Shown: piece by piece, positions 40,100 through 53,700 of the stretch
Layout of the letters: every line of letters starts with the position of its first letter
Numbering within the stretch: the first letter of the stretch is position 1
Assembly: GCA_009103225.1 (NCBI GenBank)
Contig: RHPI01002048.1
Span: forward strand, 1,017,906 to 1,081,905
Direction: 5' to 3'
Length of the DNA: 64,000 bases
Origin: Chlorokybus atmophyticus
Lineage: Eukaryota > Plantae > Mesostigma and Chlorokybus algae
Notes under the pieces: model-generated
The model's database searches: none
Seen by the model: the letters and a program-made list of their open reading frames with translations, nothing else
What the model was told of the DNA's origin: nothing
Position numbers and translations under genes: made by a program

Positions 40100-43000
40100 C
40101 TAGTCGTCTAGTTGCGTGAGCAGCGCCACTCCTCTCTTTATCCAATGCGCCGCCGGCTTATCGCTCGGTATCCTCGTCTCGATGACAAAGTTGGTCGAAT
40201 GTCCCGTCGTGCTCAATATCCCTCTCCTGTCCGACGTCTTATAGACCGGACACTGGTAGTACGGGAACTGCCTGAACTTGGAGGTCTCGCACGGCACGAG
40301 CCACATCGAGGGGAAGGGAACGAAGAGCACCTTGGGGTTGGATTCGGTCAAGACGTGACGGTCGAAGTCCCAACGGGCGCCCTCGAGGAAGAGGCCGCGG
40401 ACGAAGATGCCGTCGGGGGGCTTGGAGGAGAGAGAGTCGGAATCGTCCATCACCTGAGGGTGGGGAGGTGTGGTTGGGTGGGTGCGGGTGCACGCGTGTG
40501 CGTGCGCAAACAACTTCCAGTGCTATTGCACGCATGCGCAGTAATGTTGCACCCATGTTAGACATGCCTATCGCACGTGTCCCTACATGTGCCCGCGCGC
40601 ACGTGTGTGCAGGCTCATATTTGTAAGCATGCGTGCACGTATGCGTTGTGCATGCTGGTCTGTTTTTGCACAGTTGCTCCAACAACGTACCCTGAAGTCA
40701 AAGTCGATCATGTCGATGGGGATCTTGTGCTTGCGGGCAAAGTTCTGCTTAGCGCCCGTGAGGAAAGACTGCGTGAAGAAGAAGCCCGACAGCCAGAACA
40801 CCACCGGCGGGCCCCTGTCGATCCAATCCTGGAACACCCTAATTCTCTCCAACAGATCTGCATTGAGCAGTATGTTGGGTTACACTTTGCGCTGCGTGCG
40901 GGTGTGACGTTGCGTGTGGGTATGTGGGTATGTGGTTTACCGTTGATGTAGCTGGCGAGTGGTTTGCGCGACGGGTAGGACTTGGCTGCCCACATGGCGG
41001 GTATCTTCCCGTCGAATAGCGACGTGCCGAGCTGTTCTAGCTCGGCGGACATGACGACGAGTCCCTTGACTGCCTTCTGTATGTCCTGCAGCGACGCTCT
41101 TATAACAGTTAGGAGCCGGTTGAACCTCCCCAGCTCCTGGCACAGCACCGTGTTCATGCTCTCGAGGTACGTGACGGGGTACTTGGCCTGCGTGTCCTCG
41201 ACGTCGAAGTTGGCGGGGGGGAGACGGGTCAACACGTCCTCGCAGATGCTGGCCAGGATGCTCTCTTTGGAACTGCCGCCAGCGCCGCCGTGAGCCTGAC
41301 TCTGAGTGAGGAGAAGGGAGTCTAATAGTAATACCGTCTCGGTGGTGTCCTTGGTGATGTCCGCGTTCTCATGGAAGCCGAATACCTGCGCGCGCACGTG
41401 TTTGTGTGTGTGTGTGCGCGCGAGCGTGTATGTGTGCATGCGTGCGCGTGGGTGCACGCATGTGCGTGCGTGTTTCCATGCGCGTGCGCCGCTTGTGTGT
41501 GTCTGAGTGTGTGTGCGTGCATGTGTATGTGTGCACGTGCGCGTGCTCATGTGCCTGTGTGTGCGCGCGTGTACACACCTCGGGCCGCGCCGTGGGGCCG
41601 GGTAGCTTCTTAATGAAGTCTAGGTAGTGGTCGTACTTCCCATCGGGCGGGAGTCGGTACGCCCCGCTCTCAGACAGCGCGTATGTGGGCACGCGATGCA
41701 TCTCCTCGCTGTAGATGCCCTCAAGGATGGTCGCCAGCGTGCGTCGGTCGTGGTCGTCCGTCACGCGGCCGCCGTAGTTGCACTCGCCCGTCAAGTAACG
41801 GAGAGCCTTGTAAGGAATGTCCTCGGGGTACTCGTCCAAGAACATCTGAAGCTGACGCACGCTGATGCGAAGATCGCTCTCGTTGAACTCGTAAGGGACG
41901 TTCCAACCCAACGGGCCGTACTTTCTCCTCTCCTGCGGGCAATGCATGTGTGAGAGCTGGGCCGAGAAACACACACACATACCCGCACCCACACCCGGAC
42001 ACATACACACACGCACTCGCACTGGCACACTCGCACACTCGCACACACACACAGAAGCTCACGCACTCACGCACGCCCACGCCCACGCCCACGCGCACAC
42101 ATGAGCACGCGAGCACACGCTCACACGCGCACGGACCCACGTGACCGACAACAACAACATCAACAACCCAACCCTCACTTGTACAGAAGCGTGGAAGAAG
42201 CACAGTCCATACAGCATCCGTCTAAACTCCTTCCCCTTGGTGCACGCGTTGAAGAACGTGGTATCCGATATGGGATCCGACAGGTACGACCCCGTGAGGT
42301 TTGCTCTGAGTCCCTTGGGCGGCTCGTTGGTCATCTTGACGCCGTTCTGGAGGATGGAGACCGGGAACTGGGCGGAAGGGTAGCTCGTGAGCCAGAGACG
42401 GAAGGAGGTGTGGGCCTTGTCGGGAGTGATGTCGGACTCGCAGATGCGCTCGAGAGTGGGCATCCAGCTACCGGCCAGGTGACAGTTTTGGAGAACGACC
42501 CAGAAACCCTCGGAGACGGCCTGTAGATAAGCACGAGATTGAGCACATGTGTGTGACAAACACGCACCCATGCATGCTCACTCACACACACACGTGCATA
42601 CGTGCGCGCGTATGTGTGACACCTACCCACTTGTCCACCCACGCACACACACAGATGCGCGCACACGTGTGTGTGTCACCCACCCACTCACGCACACGCA
42701 CGCATGTGCGCGCGTGCTTGTATGGACGCGCATGTTCAAACCCGTGCGTGCACGCATGCATCACACAAATACTGCCATAACCAACCCCAATCCACCTGCG
42801 CAATATACTTGGCCGCGATCGGTCCCTGCCCCTGTCCCAGCGACACCGTCTCTATCCTCACCCCCCTATCCGCCGCGAACTTGAGCAGCGCCGTCGTGGG
42901 GTCCGACCCGGGCGACAGCACGAAGACGAGGGGGGCCGTCGGGGACGAGTCCGCGTAACAGGACTCGAGACTCAGGGGAGGAGGCTCCGTGAACTTGGAA

Positions 43001-46000
43001 CCCATGCTGTCGGAGACGTAGCGGAGGATCGCGGGGACGAGCTTGTCGGGACGCAGGGCGCGGAGGACCAACATGCGCTGTGTGTTGGCAGGCCATATCA
43101 GCGTGTGTGGGTGGGTGGGTGCGTGTGAATGTGTGGGTCTGGTGTGCTTATGTGTGTGCGGGTGGATGTCTCTGCGTGTGTTCGTTCGTGCACGCACGTG
43201 TGTGCTCAAGGGCGCGTCCGCGTATGCCTCTGTGTGTGTTCGTGCGTGCGTGCGTGCGCATATGTGGCGCACGTATAAGTGTGTCAGCCCCTATGCATGG
43301 TACAAAGCGTCACAACTCGTCTTACCTGAAACGGTGTGAGTTTCGTATCCCATTCTCCCGGCATCGCCTCCTGTCCCGGATCCCCGCTATCGTAAATCAC
43401 CTTCCACGCCTCGAGCGCGTCGGCGACGCTCCTCTCCAGACCCGCGAACGCGCTCCCGCTTCCGCCCCCGCCGCCCAGCTTGTTCAGGCGGTACAGCTCG
43501 CCCCACATGCGGTCGTTCAACCAGGAGGCGTCGGGTTTAGGGGGAGGGTCCTCGAGGGCGATACCGCCTGCGGAGAGAGAGGGAGAGTATGTGCTAATGT
43601 GTTAGCGTCATGCAACCGTGTCTTTGATGTGGGTGTGTGTGTACACATATTGACATGGGTAGCCAGCTGCATATGATTGTACGTGCATAGACACATTGAC
43701 ACACGTGTATGCGAATACACACGTATGTGTATCTGTGTCCGTACGCACGTGTGTGCATGTGCGTCTTGTGTATACACAGACACAACGACACGTACACACG
43801 CTTGTGTATGTGTCTCTCGCGCTTCCGACAACATGTAAGCGGTGAGTACAAGTTGGTCCTCTGTTCGTATGCTGTATGTATGCATGCATGCATGCACGCA
43901 AGATTATATACATGTAAAATGTACGTGTGTACGTATGTGTAGTATGTATGGATATGTGTGTGCTAGTTGCTTACCTGTGAGCAGGAACCTGAACTCCGCC
44001 GGATCCAGCTCTCCCCTATCTTCCTGCAACCTCGTCGCCACCAGGAACGCGAACAGCGCCTTATCTTTCTCGAACAAGCTCCTGCACACGTTCCTATACA
44101 GCGCGTACGTGAAGTGTCCATTCAGACTCGCCAGTCTCTGCTCCAGCTCCTCGCTGGCCTCGCTGTTCGCGATCGCCTTCAGGTACAGGTCGATGAACCA
44201 GGCGAGGGAGTACTGGTACATCGGCTCGATGTTGCCGAGGTCCTGCACGCAGAAGAAGAGGGTCGCGGCGTGACGGGCGACGGGAGAGTAGCCGGCGCGG
44301 GCGGTGTCGATCTTGGCCTCGGTGACCTCAGCGACCTGACACAGGCAGGAAAGTGGAAGGAGTTAAGGAGCGTGGTTGGACTGCATATGTACATATGCGC
44401 GCGTACGTGTGTATGTGGGTGGTGTGTGTGCATGTTATGTTGTGCGGGGATTCATCCAGCCTCAATTCCAAAATCAACTTGTTTCATCAGTCTGACCTTT
44501 TGCTTCTCGTTGATCTCGTCAGACAACACCTTAGACGCCGACAGCACCTGAACAGCCAAATAAATCAGACCAGTTTCTACCACCCGTCCTCGCACTGTGG
44601 TGTCCATCGTGTGCACAACAACAACACCACCAACAACAGACATCCAACACACCTGTATCCCCTTCTCGTCCTCCAGTATATTCCCCTCCGCGCTCAGCAC
44701 CTCCAGTATCTTATCCTCAATCTCCTGCAGCTGCTTCTTGTTCTCCGCCCCTTGCAGTATCAATTGATTCTTCTCCTCCTCCAGCTCCGGCCTCTCCTTC
44801 GCCACCACGATCCCCAGCAGCTGGTCCTGCAACCCCTCGGGGGTGATCATGAAGTTGAGGAGGGTCACCTTGGTGGAGAGCTCGGGGGTGTAGTGGGGGT
44901 TGCGGAGCTTCGTGGTGATGTAGAGACGGAAAGAGGAGTTGTACTCGATGACGGAGTCGCCGAGTTTAAGACAGAGGGCGCCACCCTGCGTGACACACAT
45001 GCGACCCTGTGAGCCACGTGAAGAACTGACAGTCGTGCGTGCGTGCGTGCGTGCTTTGGGACACAACTACATAATGCAAGAGTTGGGGGCATGGGTGATG
45101 CATAAGCACACACGCAAGTGCATAAGCTTTCATGTGAAGTGAAACACATGCCTGTTTGAACGTTTGTCTCAGCAGTAGCGGTTCCAGCGCCGGATCTATC
45201 TCCTCCCCTACATTCTCCAGTATGGCCGGTCTCCCCAGTTGCACGGCCGTCTCCAGCTTCCTCAGCAGATCGGAGTCCGACGGTTTCACGACCACGAGGC
45301 CGTTCCCTCCCCTCCCTTCCATGTTCTTGATCCACTTGGACGCCTGGCCCTGGGGGTCGATCATCAACGGCCAGCGACGCGCCTTGGAGATGATGATGCC
45401 GTTGTCGATGGAACAGGAGTCCTTGGGGAGACCGGCGATGGTCCAGGCGCGGACCTTCACGGGGTCGGCCAACACGCCTGCGGGGGACACAAGAGTGGTC
45501 AAGGATATGACGTTGTCTTCTTCGAGGTCGTAGCGTGTGTGTTAAGCAGTATTCAAAGTTCCGTCATCAGGTTAGCAGCTAGAATAGGAAATAGCGTTCT
45601 GGATGTGTATGTGTAAGTTTGTATCTGAACTTGTTGTCTGTTGGTTGCTGAGGTTACCATGACACATCCTCCCCTCCCCCCCACTAGACTGAAAACATGC
45701 GAAATTGTAACAACTGCATCGCCTGCGGAGGCTGCACCTTTGTGTGGGTGTGTGCGCACGTGCATGCGCGTGTGTGCGTTGCTATGTATTGTGCATGATA
45801 ACCATCCACCATCACTGACCTGCCAAGCTGAACTCCTCCGAGCACGGCAGTTTCCTTTCCTTACACACACTCGCCCATCCTTTGACACAACTCTCTCTAT
45901 AGCTCGGCGTGTACGCTCCCAGGTACGCGACCACTCCCGCACTCAGCAACACATCTCCCGTCAGTCTGTCGTACAGCGCGCCGTAGTACTCCGCGGCCGC

Positions 46001-47721
46001 GGTCCAGCGCTTCTTCTCGCCGCCCAGACCGCCGATCAACTTGGTAGCGCGCTCGATCTTCTTGGCGCAAAGGTCCACGTCGCGCTCGAGAGACTCCTTC
46101 TTGGATTGGGTGGAACGGAGCTGGGAGTCCAACTCGGCGAGCTTGTCTTCGACCTGGGCACGACGATGTGGGTGTTGAATCATGTGCACTCGCAAACGCA
46201 CGTGTGCACATGCACACACGCATACACTGACCATACATCCACACACGCATACACACGCACACGCACACAGACACGATTGTGCATGAATGCCCACCAACGC
46301 ACGCACGCATGCATGCAGACGCGTACACATACTCATCAACACCCACCCACCCATGCACGCAACACGCACATACGCACACGCACATGCACAATACTGTCTC
46401 ATCATGTATGTTGTACCTTCTTCAGGTCCGCTTGCTTGGCTCGCAGGTTGGCCATGACGGTGCTGTACTCCGCCTCAGCCTCGGCGAGAGCCTCCCTCTT
46501 GGGTGCGACAACCTTGGCCACTCTATCATACGCCTCCATCGCACGCACCTACCAACAACAACCCCCCATCACCAAACTGCACACACACATCAAACCAACA
46601 CCTGCCACATGCACACAGTCATTACCCAGCAGCAGAGTCCGTATGCAGCCTTTGAAGCCTGCAATATCTTATCCGGGTTCATGTCCGGGTTGGCGATATA
46701 CGGCTTGATCTTCAGTATAATCGGCGGTGCGATGTTATCCTTATCATACTCCTTGAGTGCTTTGAGAAAATCCGAGTCCGATATCATCTTCTTGCTGGAC
46801 TCCCAGTAGTCCTCCACCATCTTGCCGGAGCCTCCCGGGTCCTTGATGCGCGTGGGTTTGATGTTCTTCATGATGCAGACGGCCTCCATCACGAGCTTCA
46901 CGCCGCCGGGAGGAGACTTCATGCCCTTGAGCTCGGTGATGTCGTTCTTGGAGAGAGTGTCTAAGGCCTTGAGAGCTGCCTGGAGCATAGGCATGGCCTC
47001 TGCTAGCTCAGCCTCAGTCTCATCCCTGTACACGTACGCACACACGTGGGTGTCTCAACAACCACAACCTGTATGCCAACAACTCTCAGACCAAACCACT
47101 CACTTGATGGCTTTTGCGCTTGCTGCTTTCTTGGACGCTATATCCTCCTCTCCCTTGACGACGGCCCGTACCTTGTTGGCCTCTCTCGTCTCGTTGTCTA
47201 TCACCACAAGGAGCTCCTGGACGTCCTTCTGACTAGCGATCAGCTTCGGCTTCAGCTCCTCTAACTCGACCTGCATTGTGCCGACGGAACCCTCCGCGCC
47301 CAACAATTGCGCCAAACCAACCTGTGGAGGAGACACGCGTCGTGACAGCGTGTCCACATTGTGGGTGTGTTGGTAATGTTGTGTCATTAGTTACCTGGTA
47401 GCGGCGTTTGAGTTGGCTGATCTCGTCTTGTTTCTGTTTCAACAGGGACTTGAATGTGGCGATGAGCTCGAGGTAGCTCGTGGGCGTCACGTAGCAGTGA
47501 CGATGCAGCTGCTGGAGAAACGACTGGAAGAAGGGAGGAAAGATTTCAAGCATGTGTTGGTATGTAAGCATGTGATCAACGAAGGCCATATATGCGTACA
47601 TTGGAAAGGTCTTGCACGCTCGTGTGGAAGTGCACCGACACGTCCACAAGATCCGACTTAAACTTCTCCTCCACATTGACCTAAGTAAACACATATTGTT
47701 ATTGCTGTTGCTGTTCTTACT

Positions 47722-47777
<56 letters not shown>

Positions 47778-50700
47778 GCTGGTGTTGTTGTTGTTATTGT
47801 TGTTGTTGTTGTTGTTGGTGGTGGTGGTGTTGGTGTCGGTGATGGTGATGGTGATGGTGGTGGTGGTGTTATTGTTGCTATTGTGTCGACCTTGTTCTCA
47901 CCTCTTCCAGGAACCGTTGCGCGACGGACTTGAGTGCGTCCGTCGGCCACGCCGAGAACCAGTCGATGGTGCAGCAGTTGACGAGGGACGGGAACTTGCG
48001 CAGGCGGTCGCGGAACGACGCGCCGATCGGACTCAGGGCCAGGGCGATCTTGAGGTTCTTGCGCACCTCGTCCGTGAAGAAGGCAAAGATGTCTGCGGCA
48101 CAGAGGGGGGTTGGTTTCAGAGGTTGTTTGCATAACTCAGCACCATTGCCTTGCGCCCTGCACGCGCTTACGCATGCACGCACGCACGCACGCACGCATA
48201 TACACATACGCGTGTACACACCCACACGCATGCACGAACAGACCGGCGTCTGTTGCTGACACCATGCCAACAATCATGACGCAAGTTTACAACAATCACG
48301 ACAATCACTTGTTGTTGATGTCAACTGTGTCACCTGCTCTGCTTCCATCTCTGTTCGCCTTCTTCGCCCTCGCCCTAATATTCTCGCATATCATCCCCGT
48401 ATCCCCGGAATCGAACAGGTTCGGCACCGTCCCCGTGTTGAGCAGGGAGTTGACGTCCTCGACGAACCCCTCGTTCTTCATCTGGCCGTCCGAGAACAGG
48501 AACATCGTCGGCTTGTCCGCCTCGCCCGCGCGACGGAGCACCTTGCGGAGGTCGTCGCGCCACTCGGACATGCCGTAGTTCTTGGTAATCTCGACCTGGG
48601 GTGTACATGTATAAGTTTATACGTGTGCGTGTGCGTGCGTGCATGCGTGCGTGAGTGTGTGTACAAACACTCGTATACAGATGCATGTATCTGTATCTGT
48701 ATCTGTATCTATATCTGTATCTGTATACGCAGATACAGATACAAATATAGACGTAGATAGAACTATAGACACAGATGCAGATGCACATACAGATATGTGT
48801 TTTTGTATCTGTATCTGTAGCTGTCGCTGTATATGTACGTGTATCTGTACACGTATGCGTGCATATACATGTACACATATATCCCACCTGGAAGACTTCA
48901 AATCCCTCGATGAACGCCGCCAGCTTCGCGAGCGACTGTCTCCCCGACCCTCCCACTCCCACCAGCAGCACATTCCCCCCCGGATGTTTCACGACTCGGC
49001 ATATCCTCGACACGTGCTGTATGGCGAACAGGAACAGCACGAGGTTCATCGGTTTGTTGGTCGTGGCGTTGAAGTCCTCCAAGTACCCCTCCATGACGGA
49101 CACCAGACGGGTCTCGTCGGTCACCTCGTCGTATTGAGAGGGTTCGGCACCCGGGATCATGTAGTCGCCAGCCATGAGGTACTTGAGAGCCTCGGAGGGC
49201 TTGATGTCACCTGTGTGGGTGTGGGTGTGAGTGGGTGTGGGTGGGAGTGTGTGCTTGCGTGCGTGCATGTGTACAAGTGTCTCTTACCTTTGCCTCCGAG
49301 GCCTGCGAAGACCTTGCCGAAGCGCTCCTTGAAGTGCTTCTCTGTCATGGTGGAGATGAGGGAGCAGAACCAGGCGCGGTCCTCGTCGTTGATGAGGCGG
49401 TCGTGGAACACGCGGAGGCACTCGTGGGCCCAGAGACGGACGATCTTGAGAGGGTCTTCGACCGTCTTGGGGGCGTACTGAATGCCCAGAAACACCTGGC
49501 CAGAGGGACAATATGTATAAGTTAGATGCCCAATGGGATCAAGCATCTGCTGTGCGTATGTGTGAATATGTGCGTGCGTGTGCAGCTTGGCATGTGTGTC
49601 CGCACACGCATGTACATGTACACGTACTGCATATTTGCGTTGTGTTTGCTTATACGCACACATGCTTGCATGTGTCTCTCTCTATGTATTGTCACACATA
49701 TCATCACAAGGAATGCTAATGCATTGCCATGTTGTGCATGTGTGTGATGACATACACGCACACGCACACGCACACACCTTAGCGACGTCCCGCAGGTTGT
49801 ACGTATAATGGCTCTTGCTCGGCGTTGGCAGCAGCTGCGCCTCCACCGTCTGGTATATCTCGATGGTCGCCGCGACCATGGGTCCCCTGAGTCGGCTGAC
49901 GTCGGGGCCGTACCCCGCGCCCCGCATCCACCAGTCCACCAGAGACGTGAAGATGCGCGTCATGGTCTCGGAACCGAAGGCGGCGACGGACACCGCGCAG
50001 AAGTGGCGGAGGTACCTGGTGGGTGATGATGGTGTGTTACGTGGGCACAAGTTGTGTAGGTGTGTGTAGGTGTGTGTGTGTGCGTGTGCGCATGCGCGCG
50101 TGTGCGTGTTCATGTGCGTGTCCGCGTATATGTGCATGTGTGTGTGCGTGTGTGCGTACAACTGCGTGGGCGTGTGCGCGCATGTGCATGCGTGTGCATA
50201 TATCATCACGACTGTGTGTCTGTGTGTACGCAGACGCATGCGCTTGTGTCTTTGTGCAGTACATACACATGCGCACGTACACATGCACGTGCACGTGCGA
50301 GTGTGGTCTGTCGCACGCACGCACACGCACACCGTACCTATTGGTCACATCGTTCCTTCCTCCTCCCGGCGGCCCCATCGCCGCCACGAACTGCACATCA
50401 TCCAGCGTCCTGAACGTCAACTCCTTCCTATCATACCACCCGTGATGATCCATGGCCTGTCTCAACAACTCGATCGGCGGCTGCGCCCCGTACTTCTCCG
50501 GCGCCGGCATGTTGAGATCATCCACAAGCACCACCATCTTCTTGCCGCCGGGAGGGCCGTACACTCCTTTTCTCCTTTTATCGAGCTTGGAGTCGATGAT
50601 GTCCTGAGTCTGATTCGCACTCGTCTGAGCCGAGAAGTTGAAGAACGTGCTCGTGTACGTGTCGGCGCTGAGTCGGTTGAGGAGAAAGTCCTTCACGTAC

Positions 50701-53700
50701 ACGCTCTTGCCCGTGCCGGTAGGACCCGTGAGTAACAACGGGTGTCCATGTGTTATCAACGCTTCCATCAAGAAAGTGTATCTAATCGTATCCACTGTTG
50801 GTACGAGTATCCGAACAAAGTCTGCGTCGCGTGGAGGTGGCACCTCATCAATCATCTCGGTCCACAACGCCCACTTGCCCTTGTCCTTGCTGAACACGTA
50901 GTCGTACACGGTCTTGTTCTCGGGGAAGGGGAGCGTCACGCGACGGGCGGGAGAGGTGATGAAGGACTTGTACTCGTCGGGAGGGGTCCCCGCGAGGAGC
51001 TTGCGGACGAGGAGGTTGAATTTGACGCGACCGGGCTCGTCGAGGCAACCGCCAACGGACCTGTGAGGTGGGGATAGTGAGTGTGTTTGATTTGCGTCGA
51101 AGGTTTTCTGATGAATTGTTGTAGCACATGAATGTGTATGTGCGTTTGCGTCAATCACATATACCCGATTGAGCCAACATGCGTGGGTGCGTGCGTGTAC
51201 TGTGGACATACAAGTACAGAGTGTGTACTGTGTGTCCACAGCGCACAATACTGTGTACACACATACACACGGTTCCCTACGCTCATGATCAATCATGCAT
51301 CATCGAAGCTATTCCATTACCATTACATGCGCAGTATGACATGCATTGCACCCACTCCCTTACCACACTAGCGCAAACAGGAACAGGCAGTCGACCCACG
51401 CCGCCATCGCGTTCTCGTTCATCTTGGCCACCTCCTCCGCGGTCTCGTCCAGCAGGGACGCGTAGATGCGGCAGAGGGACTGGACCATCGCGGACTCCTG
51501 GACGGGGACGACGGTGCGGGAGAAACGGAGGGCGCAGCGGAGGCAGGGTGGGACCATCCAGTCAAACATCTTGTCGATCTGGGGGACATATGTCAACATG
51601 TTAGTCATTACTTGGATTCGGCACAACTCTGCGTGCGTGTGAGTGCGCGTGTGCGCGCGTATGCTCTCGTGCATGCTGTGCGAGCCCATGTGCGGATGTG
51701 TTCGGGTGTGTGTGGCACGTCGTATGGGTCTTGAGTACAGACACATAGTATGTGTGTCTGTACTTGTTACACACATGGTATGTGCCTGTGGTACAGACAC
51801 ATAGTATGTGCACGTGACGACAACTGCACACACACCCACAGCATGCACCCCTCTCATCCTCTCTCCTCTCACCTGCTCGCGGTGCTTCTCGTTCAGCGTT
51901 GCCGGCAGCGTGTTGAGCCACGAGTCCACGAGCGGCTTCCATCCGATCTGGCTCGGCTCCACGTACACCATGCCGCAGCGGGACACCGTGGCGGGAGACG
52001 CCGCCGCCAAGTCCTGCGATGAGTAACGAGTCAGCGATTGGGTATGGATGATAGGTGTTGGTCTCTTTGTGTGCGCACTCACCTGGACTTCAAAGATCAG
52101 GTTCATGCTGCTGGACATCTGGATGATCTCACCGCTCATGAGACACAGCTTCTTGTTGTCGTCAAGCACCTGAGGTTGTTGGGAGACAACATGAAAAAAC
52201 ATTCCAACGTGACCAGCACCCAGTCAACACTCTAAACTAGACTTACCGTGTTCATGTTCTCAATCCAGATGGCGTCCACGGGCCCGTCAAACACGACCCA
52301 CTTGCGGTCCGGCGACGGGTCCGACGCGGCCTTGCGGAAGCTCGTGGCCAACACGCCATCCGTCCACTCGTGAGAAACCTGCTCAAGAAACGTTATCACA
52401 CAACAAACAAAGTGTGTGTGTATGCGTGTGCAGCTGTGTGTGTATGCGTGCGTGCGCGCGTGTGCGTAATATGCTTTAAGCCCTCTCACCGGATCAAACT
52501 GTCCATACAGCTGTCCCATGGTGATACTCTTCGGGTTGATCACATACGCCCTGGTCCTCTGTTCCTCCATGAGTCCCTTCGCATTCAAGTCCGTGAGCGC
52601 CGCCATCAGCACCCGGTACATGCAGGTCTTGGCACCGAACGAGTGGCCCACGATCATCAGGCCGTGACGCACGATGATCAGCTCGTACAACTCGAGAACC
52701 TTGTGGAAGAAAGCCTTGACGGGGGTGAGACCCATGCGAGAAGTGTTGTCACGGATGGCGTCGAGGATGGCGACGTAGTCGGGGTTGGGCAAGATGACAC
52801 CTGAGGAGGAGGGTGTGGGTGTGGGTGTAAGTGTGGGTGTTGTTGTTGTTGTTGCTGTTGTTGATTGGCAACAATGTCAATGTCAATGTCGTAGTTGTTG
52901 TAGTGTTCGTGATTGTTGTTGTTGTTGTTGTTGCCAATAACTGTTGTTGATTGGCAACATCAACAAGCACAAACACCACCGACAACACCAACACCAACAC
53001 CAACAGCATTCTGCTCTTTACCTGGGAACAGGTCCGCCATGATCCCTTCAAACAGCGGTATGTCATGCGACAGGAACTTCGGCGAGTTGACATCCTTTAT
53101 CGCTCGTAGTACCAGCACCGCCTCGTCCTCTTCGGTGTACCTCCTCTTGAGGTTCCCGGCGGCGCGCAGCACGGCCATCACCGCCCGCATGCCGTAGTCG
53201 TAGTGGTCCTGGGACGACAGCTGCTCGGAGCAGAGGCGGTAGGTCGCCACCAGCTTGCGAGACATGTTGCGAGCTTTGAGGTAGCCGTAGGAGTAGAGCA
53301 TGATCTCGCTGGGGATGAGGATGACTAAGGGTTAGCGGTGGCGAGCATCAGAGTATTGGGATGTGTATGTGTGTGTGCGAGAGTGGGAATGTGTGCCCGC
53401 GCGCATGCACGTGTGTGTATGTGCATGAATTTGACTGTGTGTGTGCTTGGTCTCGAGCATGTGCGTGCGTGCATGCGTGCGTGCGTGTCTGTCTGTGCGC
53501 GTGCATGCGTGCATGGGTGTGTGCGTGCGTGTGTGTGTGGTTTACTGGTGTTCTTACCCGATCATGGCGTAGTCTGGCACCATCATCGCCACCGATCTAA
53601 ACAGCGCTTTCAGATTATCCGGCAGTTCACTCCTCCCGGCATACCCGGGGTTCATCGTGATAAAGCTCGTGCACGTCGGCACCAGTTGCAGATCCGTCCC

